64,000 nucleotides of DNA from Patescibacteria group bacterium (GTDB taxonomy: Bacteria; Patescibacteriota; Minisyncoccia; Phycocordibacterales; UBA9973). Of this stretch, positions 1 to 9,957 are shown piece by piece. The stretch spans positions 5,400-69,399 of the forward strand of contig JAZKBO010000004.1 of assembly GCA_040388575.1 (NCBI GenBank). Direction: 5' to 3'. Numbering within the stretch: the stretch's first letter is position 1; the number at the start of each line of letters is the position of its first letter. The notes beneath the pieces are model-generated. The model saw nothing but the letters and a program-made list of their open reading frames with translations. It made no database searches and was not told where the DNA came from. The translations under genes were made by a program, and so were the position numbers.

Positions 1-1
1 A

Positions 2-772
2 AATATTAATGAAAGCTTTGGTGGCTTTACTGTCATAGAAAAAAATAAGATAAGATTTGGGCTATATACAATAAAAAATTTAGGCACTGATATTGCGGAC
101 GCCATCATTGCCGAGCGCGTGCAAAGAGGAGCCTTCAAATCCATCACTGACTTCCTGGACCGTATTAAACACAAAAATTTAAATAAAAAGTCTCTGGAAG
201 CCCTAACCAAATCTGGCAGCTTTGATGAACTGGCGGAACGAGGGCTACTACTGGCAAACACAGAGGACATGCTCGCTTACAATCACGCGGGTGGCAGCCT
301 CAGTAAAAACCAAACATCGCTCTTCGGTGCGAGCACTGTCAAAGCTCCGGAATTTAAATTTAAAAATGAAGGCGTCGCCACCCAAGCGGAAAAATTGCTT
401 TGGGAAAAGGAGCTCCTTGGTTTATATATCTCTGGCCACCCGCTAGATAGAATTCGGGAGAAATTAGAAAAACGTGACATAAATATTAAGAAAATAAAGG
501 AAGGTCAAGAAATAAATGTTGGTAACGGCATGTCGGTAACTATTGCTGGGATTATTGAAACCTCGAGGCAGGTAATTACAAAGAATAATGAGCGCATGGC
601 CTTCCTAAAGATTTCCGACTTCACTGGCTCTATTGAAGCTGTGGCCTTCCCTTCCATATTTAAAGAATCAATGGATATATTGGTGCCCGAAAAATGTATT
701 GCCTTATCTGGCAAAATATCTTTGCGCTCGGGAGAGAAAAGTATAATTATTGAAGGGGTTAAAGAGGTTTAG
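2..772 (+). CDS. dnaE: DNA polymerase III alpha subunit (DnaE), C-terminal fragment; the gene starts upstream of the window
   Basis: Open frame runs from window edge (frame 2). Translation ...IRFGLYTIKNLGTDIADAIIAERVQRGAFKSITDFLDRIK... and the downstream OB-fold-like region are typical of the DnaE C-terminus. Confidence 0.7.
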   Translation, partial: NINESFGGFTVIEKNKIRFGLYTIKNLGTDIADAIIAERVQRGAFKSITDFLDRIKHKNLNKKSLEALTKSGSFDELAERGLLLANTEDMLAYNHAGGSLSKNQTSLFGASTVKAPEFKFKNEGVATQAEKLLWEKELLGLYISGHPLDRIREKLEKRDINIKKIKEGQEINVGNGMSVTIAGIIETSRQVITKNNERMAFLKISDFTGSIEAVAFPSIFKESMDILVPEKCIALSGKISLRSGEKSIIIEGVKEV

Positions 773-1296
773 TTATACAAACTCATAGCCTTTTCTTTAC
801 TCTCGCCATAGATAGTTTCTACTGCTTCGGCTACTTTCTTAGAAAGCTTTTTGAGTATTTCTAGCTCCGGTTTTTTAAATTCACCTAAGATAAAATTAAT
901 TACTTGCTTCTCGCCGTGCGGCTTCTTTAGTTTACCTGTCGGTGTTGCTGGCGTGATGCCTATTCTTATACGTAGGAACTCCTCACTCTTTAATGTCTTA
1001 ATTATTGAGCCTAGGCCATTGTGCCCGCCGCTAGAGCGGTTAAATGATATCTTCATTTTACCTAGCGGTAAATCAATATCGTCATATATCACTATCAAAT
1101 CTTTCAAATCCTTTTTTGTTTTTATAAATGGTGCAACTTGCTTACCAGACTTATTCATAAAAGTATCTGGCAACAGGAACTTAGCTTTAACTTTTTCAAG
1201 TTTGCTCTCAATTAGGCCGACAATAATCCTGCCGGTGTTGTGTCTGGTGTTTTTATACTCGGGTCCTGGGTTACCGAGTCCGACAATAAGTTTCAT
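769..1296 (-). CDS. pth: peptidyl-tRNA hydrolase
   Basis: MKLIVGLGNPGPEYKNTRHNTG is the classic Pth N-terminal signature. The ORF extends to 1332 (MTVRVNLFYNKN...), but the conserved Pth start aligns with the Met at 1296. The gene overlaps the dnaE stop by 4 nt convergently. Confidence 0.85.
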   Translation of the reverse strand: MKLIVGLGNPGPEYKNTRHNTGRIIVGLIESKLEKVKAKFLLPDTFMNKSGKQVAPFIKTKKDLKDLIVIYDDIDLPLGKMKISFNRSSGGHNGLGSIIKTLKSEEFLRIRIGITPATPTGKLKKPHGEKQVINFILGEFKKPELEILKKLSKKVAEAVETIYGESKEKAMSLYN

Positions 1297-1357
1297 ATTT
1301 TTATTGTAGAACAAATTTACCCTTACTGTCAATTCTATTGTATGCTATATTATAGCC

Positions 1358-1930
1358 ATGGAAACGGAGAAAATTGAAGAATCAGGCAAAGATAAGTCCG
1401 GCTGGGAGCTCGTACGCTTCGGGGTCATCGCACTCATTCTTGCAATTCTACTCCGCGTGTTCGTCGCTCAACCGTTCGTCGTTTCGGGTTCCTCCATGTT
1501 CCCTACTTTTCAGGACCGCAACTACTTGATAGTGGATGAAATATCATACCGCCTGCATGACCCAGCGCGTGATGATGTAATAATCTTCCGCTACCCTAAC
1601 GACACTACTAAATTTTTCATAAAAAGAGTCATCGGTTTACCAAATGAAACTGTGGACATCAAGGGTAGCGCTGTAACTATTACAAACAAGGCACACCCCG
1701 AAGGATTTGTATTGGATCAGCCCTATGTATTAAACAACTCTGAAAATAAAACTCATTTTGAATTAAAAGATGATGAGTATTTCGTGATGGGCGACAACCG
1801 CAATGCCAGCTCTGACTCCCGCTACTGGGGTGCCGTTCCAAAGAAACTAATAATTGGCAGGGCCTTCGTCCGCCTATGGCCCGTCTCCGGTATTGATATC
1901 CTGCCGGGTAAATATGTCCAAGCAGAGTAA
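1358..1930 (+). CDS. lepB: signal peptidase I
   Basis: N-terminal TM segment, catalytic Ser motif SGSSMFPTF, and the GDNRNASSDSRYWG box. Confidence 0.85.
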   Translation: METEKIEESGKDKSGWELVRFGVIALILAILLRVFVAQPFVVSGSSMFPTFQDRNYLIVDEISYRLHDPARDDVIIFRYPNDTTKFFIKRVIGLPNETVDIKGSAVTITNKAHPEGFVLDQPYVLNNSENKTHFELKDDEYFVMGDNRNASSDSRYWGAVPKKLIIGRAFVRLWPVSGIDILPGKYVQAE

Positions 1931-3227
1931 GAAAAATATGAAAGAAAATAAAAACCAAGACCTCGCCGCGCCGAAGGGTATGCGAGACATCATGAACGAA
2001 GAGTATTATGCTTTTCAAGGATTTTTTGAAAAGGCTCAGGAGGTGGCTGTCTACTACGGCTTCAAGCCGGTAGATACTCCGATACTTGAGCATGAGGATG
2101 TTTTCACCAGCACAATTGGTGAAGGCACTGACATTGTGGATAAAGAGATGTACACTCTTAAAACTAAGGGTGGTGACCACCTGGCGCTACGACCTGAGCA
2201 TACAGCTCCCCTTATGCGCGCCTATATCGAGCATGGTATGCAATCGCAACCACAGCCGGTTATGTTCTACCAATATGGTCCCGTCTTCCGCCACGACAAG
2301 CCTCAAAAAGGACGTTATAGGCAGTTTTGGCAATTTGATCTTGATTCCCTAGGGAGTGAGAAAAGTATTATGGACGCCCTGGTTATCAAGGCTGGAATGA
2401 GCATCTTAGAAGAGGCAGGCGCAGAGAACCTCTCAATAGATATTAACTCAATTGGAGACAAGGAATGCCGCAGTGGCTATTTAAAAGAGCTTACAAGCTA
2501 TTACAGGAAGCACATTAGTGACTTGGCTCCCATTGATCGGGAACGCCTGAAGACCAATCCCCTCCGAATCCTCGACTCCAAAGAAGAAAAAACTAAAGAA
2601 ATAAATGTTGGTGCTCCTGACTGCGTATCCTTCTTGTGCGTTTCGTGTAAAAAACATTTCAAAGAAGTGCTTGAGTACCTAGAGGAGCTGGGGATCGATT
2701 ACACTATTAACAAGAACCTGGTTCGAGGGCTTTCATATTATACTCGCACTGTTTTTGAAGTTTACACCCCCAGCACTGAAGAAGGTGGAGCTCCAGTACA
2801 AGTAGCATCTGGCGGTAGATATGATTACCTAGCGCGCCAACTTGGCGGCAAGCGCGATGTACCAGCAGTAGGATTTTCTATGGGTGTAGACCGTGTAGTA
2901 GGCTCCCCGTGGTATAAAAAGCTTTCTCCTCGTATTTTAAAGAAACCAAAAATTTATTTCATTCAGCTTGGTGCAGAAGCGAAGCTAAAGAGTTTAAACA
3001 TAATAGAAGCACTACGCAAGGCTCATATCCCAATCGCACAATCTATATCTAAAGACAGCCTTGGCTCCCAGCTCTCTATTGCTGAAAAGCTTGCCATCCC
3101 CTACGCACTCATCTTCGGCGTTAAGGAAGCAATTGAAAACTCTGTAATAGTGCGCGATATGTCCAACCGCTCTCAAGATACGGTAAAGATTTCTAAGCTA
3201 GTTGAATATCTAAAAGACTTGAAGTAA
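1914..3227 (+). CDS. hisS: histidyl-tRNA synthetase
   Basis: Class II aaRS motifs: GMRDIMNEEY..., LRPEHTAPLMRAY, QYGPVFRHDKPQKGRYRQFWQFDLD, and a C-terminal anticodon-binding domain. The start is at ATG 1914 (overlapping the lepB end by 17 nt) or ATG 1938. Confidence 0.85.
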   Translation: MSKQSKKNMKENKNQDLAAPKGMRDIMNEEYYAFQGFFEKAQEVAVYYGFKPVDTPILEHEDVFTSTIGEGTDIVDKEMYTLKTKGGDHLALRPEHTAPLMRAYIEHGMQSQPQPVMFYQYGPVFRHDKPQKGRYRQFWQFDLDSLGSEKSIMDALVIKAGMSILEEAGAENLSIDINSIGDKECRSGYLKELTSYYRKHISDLAPIDRERLKTNPLRILDSKEEKTKEINVGAPDCVSFLCVSCKKHFKEVLEYLEELGIDYTINKNLVRGLSYYTRTVFEVYTPSTEEGGAPVQVASGGRYDYLARQLGGKRDVPAVGFSMGVDRVVGSPWYKKLSPRILKKPKIYFIQLGAEAKLKSLNIIEALRKAHIPIAQSISKDSLGSQLSIAEKLAIPYALIFGVKEAIENSVIVRDMSNRSQDTVKISKLVEYLKDLK

Positions 3228-3232
3228 ACGGA

Positions 3233-3775
3233 ATGAAGAAAATTCTTCAACAGAAAGAAAAAGTCTTGAGGCAAGTAGCGAAAGAACTACCCATTGCCGA
3301 CATAAAAACTCCTAAAATTAAGAAAATTTTGAAGGAAATGTCTCTAGCTCTCAAGAGCCAGGATGACGGTGTAGCCATAGCGGCGCCACAGATAGGTTAC
3401 TCGCTTCGGATTTTTGTTGTTTCCGGTAAAATATTTAGGAAAGATTTTTTAGATAAAAGAGATAGGGAAATAGATGGGAAAGATAAAATTGAAGATACCC
3501 CAAAGGATTTAGTTTTCATAAATCCTAAAATTTCCAAACTCTCGCGGGAAAAGGAATGGGTGCCTGAGGGCTGCCTATCCGTGCGCTGGCTCTACGGCAA
3601 GACTTTCCGCTCCAAAAAAGCATTAATTACCGGCTATGACGAAACTGGTAAGAAGTTCACCCGCGGCGCCGCAGGCCTCCTGGCGCAAATTTTCCAGCAT
3701 GAAACAGACCACCTAAATGGCATCCTCTTCATCGATCACGCTAAGGAAGTAAAGGAAGAAAAACCAATAAAATAA
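3233..3775 (+). CDS. def: peptide deformylase
   Basis: GVAIAAPQIG, EGCLS and QHETDHLNG motifs. It has a small insertion before the EGCLS box. Confidence 0.85.
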   Translation: MKKILQQKEKVLRQVAKELPIADIKTPKIKKILKEMSLALKSQDDGVAIAAPQIGYSLRIFVVSGKIFRKDFLDKRDREIDGKDKIEDTPKDLVFINPKISKLSREKEWVPEGCLSVRWLYGKTFRSKKALITGYDETGKKFTRGAAGLLAQIFQHETDHLNGILFIDHAKEVKEEKPIK

Positions 3776-3776
3776 A

Positions 3777-4577
3777 ATGCACGAGAAAAACGAGAAATTA
3801 AATTTTACATTCTTCGGTACGCCGGATGTGGCCGCTGAGACATTAGAGATATTGAAGCAAGCAGGTCTTTTGCCTTCGGTTATTGTGACCTCACCAGATT
3901 CTCGAGCAGGCAGAGGAATGCATATGCAAGCAACTCCCGCGGCAAAATTTGCAGAAGAAAATAAAATAACTTGCTATAAAAATCTTGAAAATATTCCGGA
4001 TGCAGATTTGTTTGTGGTGGTTGCTTTTGGTAAAATATTATCTGAAAAAATTATAAACACTCCGAAATTGGGCTCTCTTAATATCCACTATTCCCTACTT
4101 CCTAAGTACCGCGGCGCCTCCCCTGTGGAAAGTGCAATATTAAATGGGGATGCAGAAACAGGTGTAACAATTCAAAAGATGGTTTATGAGTTAGATGCGG
4201 GTAACATCGTAGCTCAAGAAAAAACTGTGATTAACGCTGAAGAAACTGCGCCAGAACTCCGCAAAAGATTAATAAAACAAGGTGGTGAGCTCTTGGTTAA
4301 AACTCTGCCCCAATTTGTTGAGGGTAAACTCAAAGAAATTCCGCAAGACGAAACCCAAGCCACATTTTGTAAAAAAATAAAAAAGGAAGATGGGTTGATT
4401 GATTTACAAGACAACGGTGCAAAAAATTACAACAAATTCCGTGCCTACGCCACCTGGCCGCGTACTTTTTTCTTCAAAGACGGCAAGCGCATAATAATCA
4501 CTGCCGCCGCGCTCGAAGACGGCAAATTCGTAATCAAAAAAGTTATTCCCGAAGGGGGTAAAGAGCAAAACTATTAA
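3777..4577 (+). CDS. fmt: methionyl-tRNA formyltransferase
   Basis: Lies immediately after def. Carries the NIHYSLLPKYRGASPVESAILNGDAETGVTIQ formyltransferase core. Confidence 0.85.
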   Translation: MHEKNEKLNFTFFGTPDVAAETLEILKQAGLLPSVIVTSPDSRAGRGMHMQATPAAKFAEENKITCYKNLENIPDADLFVVVAFGKILSEKIINTPKLGSLNIHYSLLPKYRGASPVESAILNGDAETGVTIQKMVYELDAGNIVAQEKTVINAEETAPELRKRLIKQGGELLVKTLPQFVEGKLKEIPQDETQATFCKKIKKEDGLIDLQDNGAKNYNKFRAYATWPRTFFFKDGKRIIITAAALEDGKFVIKKVIPEGGKEQNY

Positions 4578-5252
4578 CTAAAATTCACGAGGTCCTTTTA
4601 ATGCAGTTTTTTTAATTGTCTCTCTGTCTTGAGATATATCAAGCATTTTCCCATATGTGTCCCCCATTTTTCCACAATCCGATATAGCATAAGCTTGTTT
4701 GAGACGATCTCCCTCACCACTAGCAACTATCTCTTCAAAAATTTCTTTTAAAACACCCAATCTTTCTGCAAATTTTCCTGGTTCTTTCATTATTCCTAAG
4801 TTTATAGTTGAACCATTTTTTTCGTATGTATTTACAAAATCCCGGAACAAATCCGAATTTCTATTTTCAATTTCAACCTGCTGACCCGAAATTTCTTTAA
4901 CTTTTATGGCTTCATCTGCTTTTTCGATAACCTGTTTTACGATGTCATCTTCCTGAACACCCATGCCTACTATGATTTCGCCATTACTTTCAACCTTAAC
5001 CCCATCCCCCATATTTCGAAAAATAATTCTTAGTTGAGCAAATTTTTCAGCATTTATCAAACCTTTTATTTTTGCCAATGCGCCTGCACACCTATCTACT
5101 GTATATTGAGTATATGTACCCTCATTGTAAAGAGAGAACTGCGCATTTGGGAAAGCTGTCTGTATGTCTGCTAGAGTTTTAAAATTACCTGCAGCTGCAA
5201 CTTTATTTTCAGGACTAACTGGTTTACTGCCTGGGGCTTGATCAAAATTCAT
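4578..5252 (-). CDS. hypothetical protein (no recognisable motifs)
   Basis: 224-aa ORF that ends the long minus-strand gene string 10449->4578. Composition is native-like and no signal peptide is present. Confidence 0.4.
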   Translation of the reverse strand: MNFDQAPGSKPVSPENKVAAAGNFKTLADIQTAFPNAQFSLYNEGTYTQYTVDRCAGALAKIKGLINAEKFAQLRIIFRNMGDGVKVESNGEIIVGMGVQEDDIVKQVIEKADEAIKVKEISGQQVEIENRNSDLFRDFVNTYEKNGSTINLGIMKEPGKFAERLGVLKEIFEEIVASGEGDRLKQAYAISDCGKMGDTYGKMLDISQDRETIKKTALKGPREF

Positions 5253-5269
5253 ATATTTATTGTTAATAA

Positions 5270-5668
5270 TTAGTATTTCGAAGTAAAAGGATTCCTCTTT
5301 GAGAGCCCTTTCATCATTTTTTTGACACTGCGAGCGCCGCGGAGGAGTAGGGTCTGGCGGCGGCCTTTGCTTTTATTTATTTCGTTATAAAGAGTCTCTT
5401 TTATTTGGTCCACCGCGGCATACAGATCCACTTCGTCAGCACTAGCATAGAACTCTTCCCCTTTGATATTAATCAAACAGTCAGCATGAAAGATCTCCCC
5501 TGTTTTATGATGATTGGTGCTTTTAGCAACTTCGAAATTCACCATTACTTCCCCACCTCCCTCTTCAATGTTCTTTAAAAGCTTTTCTAGATTGGTAACT
5601 CTCTTTTCTACATAATCATGTATGGGAGGGGTCAACTCCATATTGGTGGCCTTTAAGTTTATTTTCAT
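5270..5668 (-). CDS. hpf: ribosome hibernation-promoting factor (RaiA/HPF family)
   Basis: MKINLKATNMELTPPIHDYVEKRV... VNFEV...HADCLINIKGEEFYA... is the HPF/YfiA fold signature. The ORF could extend to 5686. Confidence 0.75.
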   Translation of the reverse strand: MKINLKATNMELTPPIHDYVEKRVTNLEKLLKNIEEGGGEVMVNFEVAKSTNHHKTGEIFHADCLINIKGEEFYASADEVDLYAAVDQIKETLYNEINKSKGRRQTLLLRGARSVKKMMKGLSKRNPFTSKY

Positions 5669-5686
5669 ATATTTATTGTAACACAC

Positions 5687-7618
5687 CTAACGCACCCTTA
5701 TTCCATGACGTAGTGCTTGAGTAATTATGTCAATTTTCATCGTTGCCACCCCTACCACTTTATCCGCACCACCATAGTATATATAAAGCAGTTTGTCTTT
5801 TACCACCATGCCGCATGGAAAAACAACATTATTAACTACTCCTTCCTTTTCATACTTCTCTTCTGGGCTAAAAATAGGGTCGGCACTGCGGGCCAATACC
5901 AGGGCTGGGTCTTTAAGGTCAAGGAGTAATGCCCCCACTCGGTAAGTATGGTGGTTATGGGATATGCCGTGATATAAAAGTAGCCAGCCATACTTGGTTT
6001 TAATAGGCGGAGCAGTGATTCCTACCTTTTCACTGTCCCAAGTATTTATTCGCGGGCCAATAATTCGGATGCACTTTTTAACTGTTTCGTTTTTAAAGTT
6101 AAGTGTTGGTAGATAATCCCCACAAATTTCATGTCCCACGCGATGTAAAATCAAATATCCATCCGGAAACTTCTCTGGGAAAATACAAGTGTCTTTATCA
6201 TCGAAGTCCTGCGGCGTAATTAAAAATGGCTTTTCCCATTTCCACTTACGAGCGAGGAAATCTTTTTCAGTAATTGATGACACCGCTACTCTGGGTGGTC
6301 CGACACCATCAAATGCGGTATAGCAAATGTAAATATTTTTACCAATCTTAGTCAGACGTGGATCTTCACAGCCAGAGTTACCACCAGCAATTTTCTTATT
6401 TTCAAAATCTTCACGTGGTACATAGATTGGTTCTACCAGGCGCTCAGTAATATTTAGACCGTCCAGCGATAGCGCATAACCGAAGGCAGATGTATTATCG
6501 TTGGACATGGCCCGATAGACAATATGGGTTTTATCTTTGATTTGTATCGCCGCAGGGTTAAATACTGCTTGAGCTTCCCAAGCATTTTCGGGCCGTGGTA
6601 AGAGGATGGGATTGCCGGCAAAGCGTTTAAAATGGAACTCGTCTACTACATGGCCACGCATGGTGCCAACTATGTCATTAATATTTACATGCACTGCACA
6701 TACTGTAGTATCAGCCGCGCCATAATAAATAGTAAGTGTATCCTTAATAAGTACTGCGCCAGATGGAAAGACAATATTACCCACATAGCCAGTAAGTTCG
6801 TAAGCTTCCTCCGGCACAAGGATGGGGCCTTCGGTCCGGCCGATAATTTTCCTAGGGTCATTTAAGTCCAAGAGGAGGGCTTCAATTCCAAATATTCTTT
6901 TACCATTATTGGTATTAAAATAGTTTTGTATATAAGAATAAATAAGTAGCCAGCCATCCTTAGTTTTTATAGGCGTCGCTCCTACCTCCACATGGTCCGC
7001 CTCTGCCCGTTTTGGATTTATAGTATGCTCATCAATCTCATTCTGCCATTTTTGCCAAAATGAAGGTGACCACAACTCTTCCATATGGTCGACTTGCGCA
7101 ATAGCCATTTTGGTTGGCGGTGAGTCGGTGTGAGCCGAAAAAATAACAGTGATTTTACCATTTATTCTCTCTGGAAAAAGAGTCATGGCTTTGGCATTAA
7201 ATGGCGTAACGAGATGCTTCTTATCTACCTTTTTTAAATTCTTTGATATAGCCACCGCCACCTTAATGCCTGAGGCTTCATAAGGATACTTTGAAAGTGC
7301 GGTGTAAAAAGTATAATAATTGCCTTCAAAAAAAGTTATTCGTGGATCCTCGCAACCAAACTTTTCCCATTCCTCTTCGGCTATGATAAATGGCAACCTA
7401 TTATCAAAATCAATACCGTCTTTGCTCTCAACAATCCCGATTGTGGAAGTCTGTTCTGGCTTCCTCAACATATCTTTCAGGGAGATGGCTCGATAGAGCC
7501 CATAAAATTTGCCCCCCTTCTTTACCACACTCATGTTAAAAGTGGCGAAGGCTTCCCAGTAATGGTCTCTGTCTGGTACCAGTATTGGATTGTGATGTGA
7601 TCTGCGTGCAACAAACAT
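5687..7618 (-). CDS. tandem-duplicated GH130-like (Glyco_hydro_130 / beta-1,4-mannoside phosphorylase-like) beta-propeller protein
   Basis: Two GH130-like repeats of about 320 aa. Each has NPIL(V/L)P...W(E)...A(T)FN... and GCEDPR(I/L)T...Y..YTA(F) motifs. It is a paralogue of the next gene. Confidence 0.6.
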   Translation of the reverse strand: MFVARRSHHNPILVPDRDHYWEAFATFNMSVVKKGGKFYGLYRAISLKDMLRKPEQTSTIGIVESKDGIDFDNRLPFIIAEEEWEKFGCEDPRITFFEGNYYTFYTALSKYPYEASGIKVAVAISKNLKKVDKKHLVTPFNAKAMTLFPERINGKITVIFSAHTDSPPTKMAIAQVDHMEELWSPSFWQKWQNEIDEHTINPKRAEADHVEVGATPIKTKDGWLLIYSYIQNYFNTNNGKRIFGIEALLLDLNDPRKIIGRTEGPILVPEEAYELTGYVGNIVFPSGAVLIKDTLTIYYGAADTTVCAVHVNINDIVGTMRGHVVDEFHFKRFAGNPILLPRPENAWEAQAVFNPAAIQIKDKTHIVYRAMSNDNTSAFGYALSLDGLNITERLVEPIYVPREDFENKKIAGGNSGCEDPRLTKIGKNIYICYTAFDGVGPPRVAVSSITEKDFLARKWKWEKPFLITPQDFDDKDTCIFPEKFPDGYLILHRVGHEICGDYLPTLNFKNETVKKCIRIIGPRINTWDSEKVGITAPPIKTKYGWLLLYHGISHNHHTYRVGALLLDLKDPALVLARSADPIFSPEEKYEKEGVVNNVVFPCGMVVKDKLLYIYYGGADKVVGVATMKIDIITQALRHGIRVR

Positions 7619-7621
7619 AAA

Positions 7622-8824
7622 TTACAAATTTTTAATAGATTTTTTTGAAAAAACTATATTTTTCCCTGTTTTTAATTTTTTTAAAAATTCCTCCAGGTTG
7701 GTATGAGCTACCGCAATACGTTTATCACCCCCACCATAATAAATAAACAATGTACCGTCTTTCACTACTGCCCCGCTCGCATATATAATACCTGGCTTCC
7801 AATCATTTTCATACCACATGTCTGGTTCGAGTATTGGATGGTTGGCGCGATATAGAACGCGTGTCGGGTCCTTTAAATCAAGCAGAAGAGCACCGACTTT
7901 GTATCGGTTGGGGTCATCTTTATCCATGGCATGGTAAAACAACAACCACCCCTCCTTAGTTTTTATTGGTGGTGCCGCAGCACTACGAGTACGGTTATGC
8001 CAAGCAACAATATGGTCCGGGAGGGTGTGTACATCCGGAGCTTCGGCCTGGGTGGGTGTTTTATACATATTAAGATCATCTAAATACGCTATGTGGACAC
8101 GTGAAGCATCACCTAGGTCCAGATTATGGAAAAGTGCGAATTTGCCATTAATTTTCTCAGGAAAGAGGACCCAATTTTTTTGCCTATCACCAGGACGGGA
8201 TAAGTAAGTAAATTTACTCCAATTCCACTTTTTGGCTGACAAACTCTCTCCAGAGATTGAAGTAACGCCAACACGCATAGACTCCCAGCCGTTGAACATA
8301 TTAAAAGTAAGGTAAATCTGACCATCAATTTTTACTGCTCGGGGGTCCTCACAACCACCCCACCCCCCGCCAGATGCATAAAGTACTGGATCGTAAACGA
8401 GCCGAGCAGGTGAAGTATACGGGTAATGCGCCATGGCATCATTTATTTCCTCCGCAACATAAACTGGGTGAGGAAGCCTTTCATAAAAATTAATTCCATC
8501 CGAACTTGAAGCGTAACCAATTCGTGACATTCCGTCATGTCCAAGTGCGCGATAAAATAAATGGATGCGTCCATCATGCACTACTGCTGCTGGGTTAAAG
8601 ACTGCTTCCGACTCCCAAGGTGAATGAGGGGATGGTTCCATTATTGGATTACCGATAAATTTCTTAATAAGAACTGGGTGTGTTTTCTTTACTATCTTCT
8701 TTACTATTTTCTTTGTTGTTTTTTTGGCTGTAACCTTTACCCGGCTCTTTTTAGGAGTAACTTTTTTGACTGTAACTTTCTTTGTCTTTTTTGCTATTAC
8801 TTTTTTCTTTTTAAGCTCGGCCAT
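7622..8824 (-). CDS. GH130-like glycoside phosphorylase with lysine-rich N-terminal tail
   Basis: NPIMEP...WESEAVFNPAAV...YRALG... and GGCEDPRAVKIDGQIYLTFN motifs. The N-terminal tail is KKKKVIAKKTKKVTVKKVTPKK... The start is assigned to the Met at 8824, whose ATG overlaps the upstream cupin stop as ATGGCCGAGCTTAA. The ORF is open to 8881. Confidence 0.6.
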   Translation of the reverse strand: MAELKKKKVIAKKTKKVTVKKVTPKKSRVKVTAKKTTKKIVKKIVKKTHPVLIKKFIGNPIMEPSPHSPWESEAVFNPAAVVHDGRIHLFYRALGHDGMSRIGYASSSDGINFYERLPHPVYVAEEINDAMAHYPYTSPARLVYDPVLYASGGGWGGCEDPRAVKIDGQIYLTFNMFNGWESMRVGVTSISGESLSAKKWNWSKFTYLSRPGDRQKNWVLFPEKINGKFALFHNLDLGDASRVHIAYLDDLNMYKTPTQAEAPDVHTLPDHIVAWHNRTRSAAAPPIKTKEGWLLFYHAMDKDDPNRYKVGALLLDLKDPTRVLYRANHPILEPDMWYENDWKPGIIYASGAVVKDGTLFIYYGGGDKRIAVAHTNLEEFLKKLKTGKNIVFSKKSIKNL

Positions 8825-9161
8825 ATTTGTCCTCATAGCGAGTAATGTCTTCTTCGTCGAACTCGCCAGTAGCGACTTCAACTAATAACATTCCGGATGG
8901 CCCTGCTATCCAGCGATGCTTGGCACCGACCGGTGCCGTGTATTCAGCGCCAGGTGAAATTTTAAATATTTTGTCATCAATATGAACTTCACCATCGCCC
9001 TCGATAAAATACCAAAATTCAGAACGTTTGGTGTGGCTCTGCCAGCTTGTCTCTTCATTAGGTTTAACTTTATGAACTTTAACGGTTGATGGGCTATTTA
9101 AAGTAAGCTGGCGAAAAGATCCCCAAGGACGCTCTATAGTAAAAGGTGTGAAATCTGACAT
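8811..9161 (-). CDS. mannose-6-phosphate isomerase, type II cupin domain
   Basis: ERPWGSF..L.....KVHKVKPNEETSWQSH.KRSEFWYFIEGDGEV...H.WIAGPSGMLLVEVATGEFDEEDITRYEDKYGR matches the C-terminal PMI cupin of ManC-type enzymes almost position by position. Confidence 0.75.
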   Translation of the reverse strand: MSDFTPFTIERPWGSFRQLTLNSPSTVKVHKVKPNEETSWQSHTKRSEFWYFIEGDGEVHIDDKIFKISPGAEYTAPVGAKHRWIAGPSGMLLVEVATGEFDEEDITRYEDKYGRA

Positions 9162-9188
9162 CTTTTAATTATATAACTTATCGTTCTT

Positions 9189-9956
9189 TTAGCCAATCCA
9201 GCCTTGTATAAATTTAGCTGTTTCTTCGGGGCCCTTCACAGCTATGGTCTCGAACCCTGCCTCCTTAACAGAGTAGTCATTTCCTCCTGGAAAAAGGCCA
9301 TCCCCTACAAAGACCATATCGGATTTTTGAAATCCGAGCTTATTCAACAATTTCGTGAGCCCAACACCTTTGTTATAACCCTTCGGAACAATATCAATGC
9401 TAGAGTATGCGTTAATTAAAAAGCTAACCTCTGGCAACAGCGGTTCTAGTATTGAAACTATTTTTTGTCTTTTTCGTTTGTCTGGATCCCAGGCCCTCTT
9501 TGCTTCAATATTCGCAAGTTGTCCACAGCCAGAAAAAGTTATTTGCGTGTCTCTATCTTCTACAATTTCGCCAGCTGGATTAGGTGGTATTTCATATAAA
9601 CCGGAATCGATTATTTCTTTTAGGAATTTTTTAATCTTAGTTTTTATATTTTCATCTAAAAGTTCCTTATCTGTGATTTGCCAATCTTTTTTTACTTTAT
9701 CGTATTCATACTGTTGGGTTGCGCTAGTCGGTAATAAAATTAAATTATGAATATAAGGGAGAAAAGAATTGTCATTTAAAAATGGCGGTAAAAATTGTGT
9801 TTGAAATTGCTTAAGACTTCCACCACTAGTAACAACTACAATAATTTTTTTTATTAATTGCTTTACTAATTCTCCCATTTCTGGGGTAATTGGAGACTTG
9901 CTGACAGCGAGCGTGCCGTCAAGATCAAAAGAAATAACCTTTTTGTTTGGCAACAT
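9189..9956 (-). CDS. eukaryotic-type phosphomannomutase (HAD-IIB family)
   Basis: ISFDLDGTLAVSKSPITPEM (DxDGTLT motif I), KIIVVVTSGGSLKQ, and VFVGDGLFPGGNDYSV (the PMM FFGDKTMPGGNDHEIF box). Confidence 0.7.
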   Translation of the reverse strand: MLPNKKVISFDLDGTLAVSKSPITPEMGELVKQLIKKIIVVVTSGGSLKQFQTQFLPPFLNDNSFLPYIHNLILLPTSATQQYEYDKVKKDWQITDKELLDENIKTKIKKFLKEIIDSGLYEIPPNPAGEIVEDRDTQITFSGCGQLANIEAKRAWDPDKRKRQKIVSILEPLLPEVSFLINAYSSIDIVPKGYNKGVGLTKLLNKLGFQKSDMVFVGDGLFPGGNDYSVKEAGFETIAVKGPEETAKFIQGWIG

Positions 9957-9957
9957 T

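Noticed and set aside
851-1309. Many antisense or nested ORFs in the track (e.g. 851..1309+, 1680..2180-, 6632..6865+, 15156..15740+, 16019..16435+, 37768..38145+, 41595..42335+, 52167..52865+, 61192..61550+).
   Set aside because: They lie wholly inside and antisense to strongly supported conserved genes, with biased low-complexity translations and no SD. Treated as spurious.
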